Source of the DNA: Malacoraja senta
Lineage: Eukaryota
Direction: 5' to 3'
DNA length: 64,000 bases
NCBI GenBank assembly: GCA_038087875.1
Contig: CM075990.1
Location: 7,256,001 to 7,320,000, forward strand
Position numbers and translations under genes: made by a program
The notes under the pieces: model-generated
Seen by the model: only the letters and a program-made list of their open reading frames with translations
Databases searched by the model: none
Told to the model about the DNA's origin: nothing
Part shown: in pieces, positions 62,931-64,000 of the stretch
Layout of the letters: each line of letters opens with the position of its first letter
Numbering within the stretch: position 1 is the first letter of the stretch

Positions 62931-64000
62931 TAGCTTTCCTCCTCTTTTCATTTTCCTAGACCTCTTTCCCAATTCCTATCTTTACTCCTATCCCATTCCT
63001 TTATACTCTCCCCTATTTTCTATTACGGGTGCACTATCGAAATCCACCTGCTTATTGTTGCCTTCCTTCACTTCTCTCATTGATCAGGTGCCTATCTTTA
63101 TTAGGACTTCTTTTTACTGCCATGTCTAATTCTCCAATTTTCTGTTTTCTTGGTTCCAATATTTAGTGTTTCTCGCATTTACTGCCACTTTCCCTATTTC
63201 ATACTGTCTTCCCACTATTCCCTAATTTCCCTATCAACCAGAGCCCTCCCCTGACCACTTACCCACTATTCCCCGTTCCTGCCTTCTCCCCATATTCCCT
63301 GACTCCGCTAAATAGACAAGAGGCATTTAAGAGGCTTGTAGGCAGAGGGAAGTGCAGGTATAGGCTGGCATTGTGTTTGGCAAAAATATTGACGGTCGAA
63401 GGGCCCATCGCTGGGCTGTTCTATGTTCTATACAGCTTCACAAATAGCTTCTTCCCAACTTCGATCACACTCTTCAACACTACAAATACCAATTAAATTA
63501 CAAACGGTTTTGGTTGCATTTGGGACCAGGCTTTTGTTTTGCACTAATATTGTTTTAATTTAAATGATGTAACTTTTTTGTTTATTTTGTTATCTATGAG
63601 TACCGTGTTTACAGAATTTCACCGTTCTGCACTCAGTATATATCACAATTAAATACCCTTGACTTCAATGGGCTGTTTTAACTTCTCCCATTATAAAGAG
63701 CTGACCAATCTCAGTCACCCAAATTCATTCTATTCTGAGTCACTAATCTGCGGTCCTGGACACTGGCACTTATTCCAGGTAGAAAAATAAAGGCTGAGCT
63801 TTCAATCAATGTAAACACTGAGTGCAATGCGCAGCATCAGCCACGGCTGAAAAATGGCCCAAAAATTAAATTCTATGTAAGACTGGGAACTGGAAAACAA
63901 TTCCTGCAAAGCACTCCCACAGGCAGAGTCAGGGACTGTGTGAAAGCTGAACCAATATATAAAAACATTCATTTGGGCACCAGCCATGGCCGCCCAATCC

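Overview
Eukaryotic, repeat-dense non-coding DNA, most likely intronic or intergenic sequence from a cartilaginous fish such as a skate or ray. The species call is an inference from the repeat content. No host protein-coding gene, rRNA, tRNA or CRISPR array can be supported. All long ORFs are either retrotransposon remnants (CR1, a divergent CR1-group LINE, L1, Rex1/Babar, Penelope GIY-YIG) or artefacts of simple repeats. The most notable system is a Penelope-like element (PLE, Neptune-type). Its 3' terminal repeat carries a minimal hammerhead-ribozyme core (CUGAnGA-A-stemII-GAAA-CG-UC). That ~130-bp terminal repeat is scattered across the window in dozens of copies, often as fold-back palindromes flanked by 9-15 bp target-site duplications (TSDs). 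Other elements: tRNA-derived SINEs, two related solo LTRs with 4-bp TSDs, PIF/Harbinger-type MITEs, an RTE-derived non-autonomous element, an L1 with a 71-bp target duplication nested in a DNA transposon, minisatellites, and several repeat-free blocks that look like conserved enhancers.
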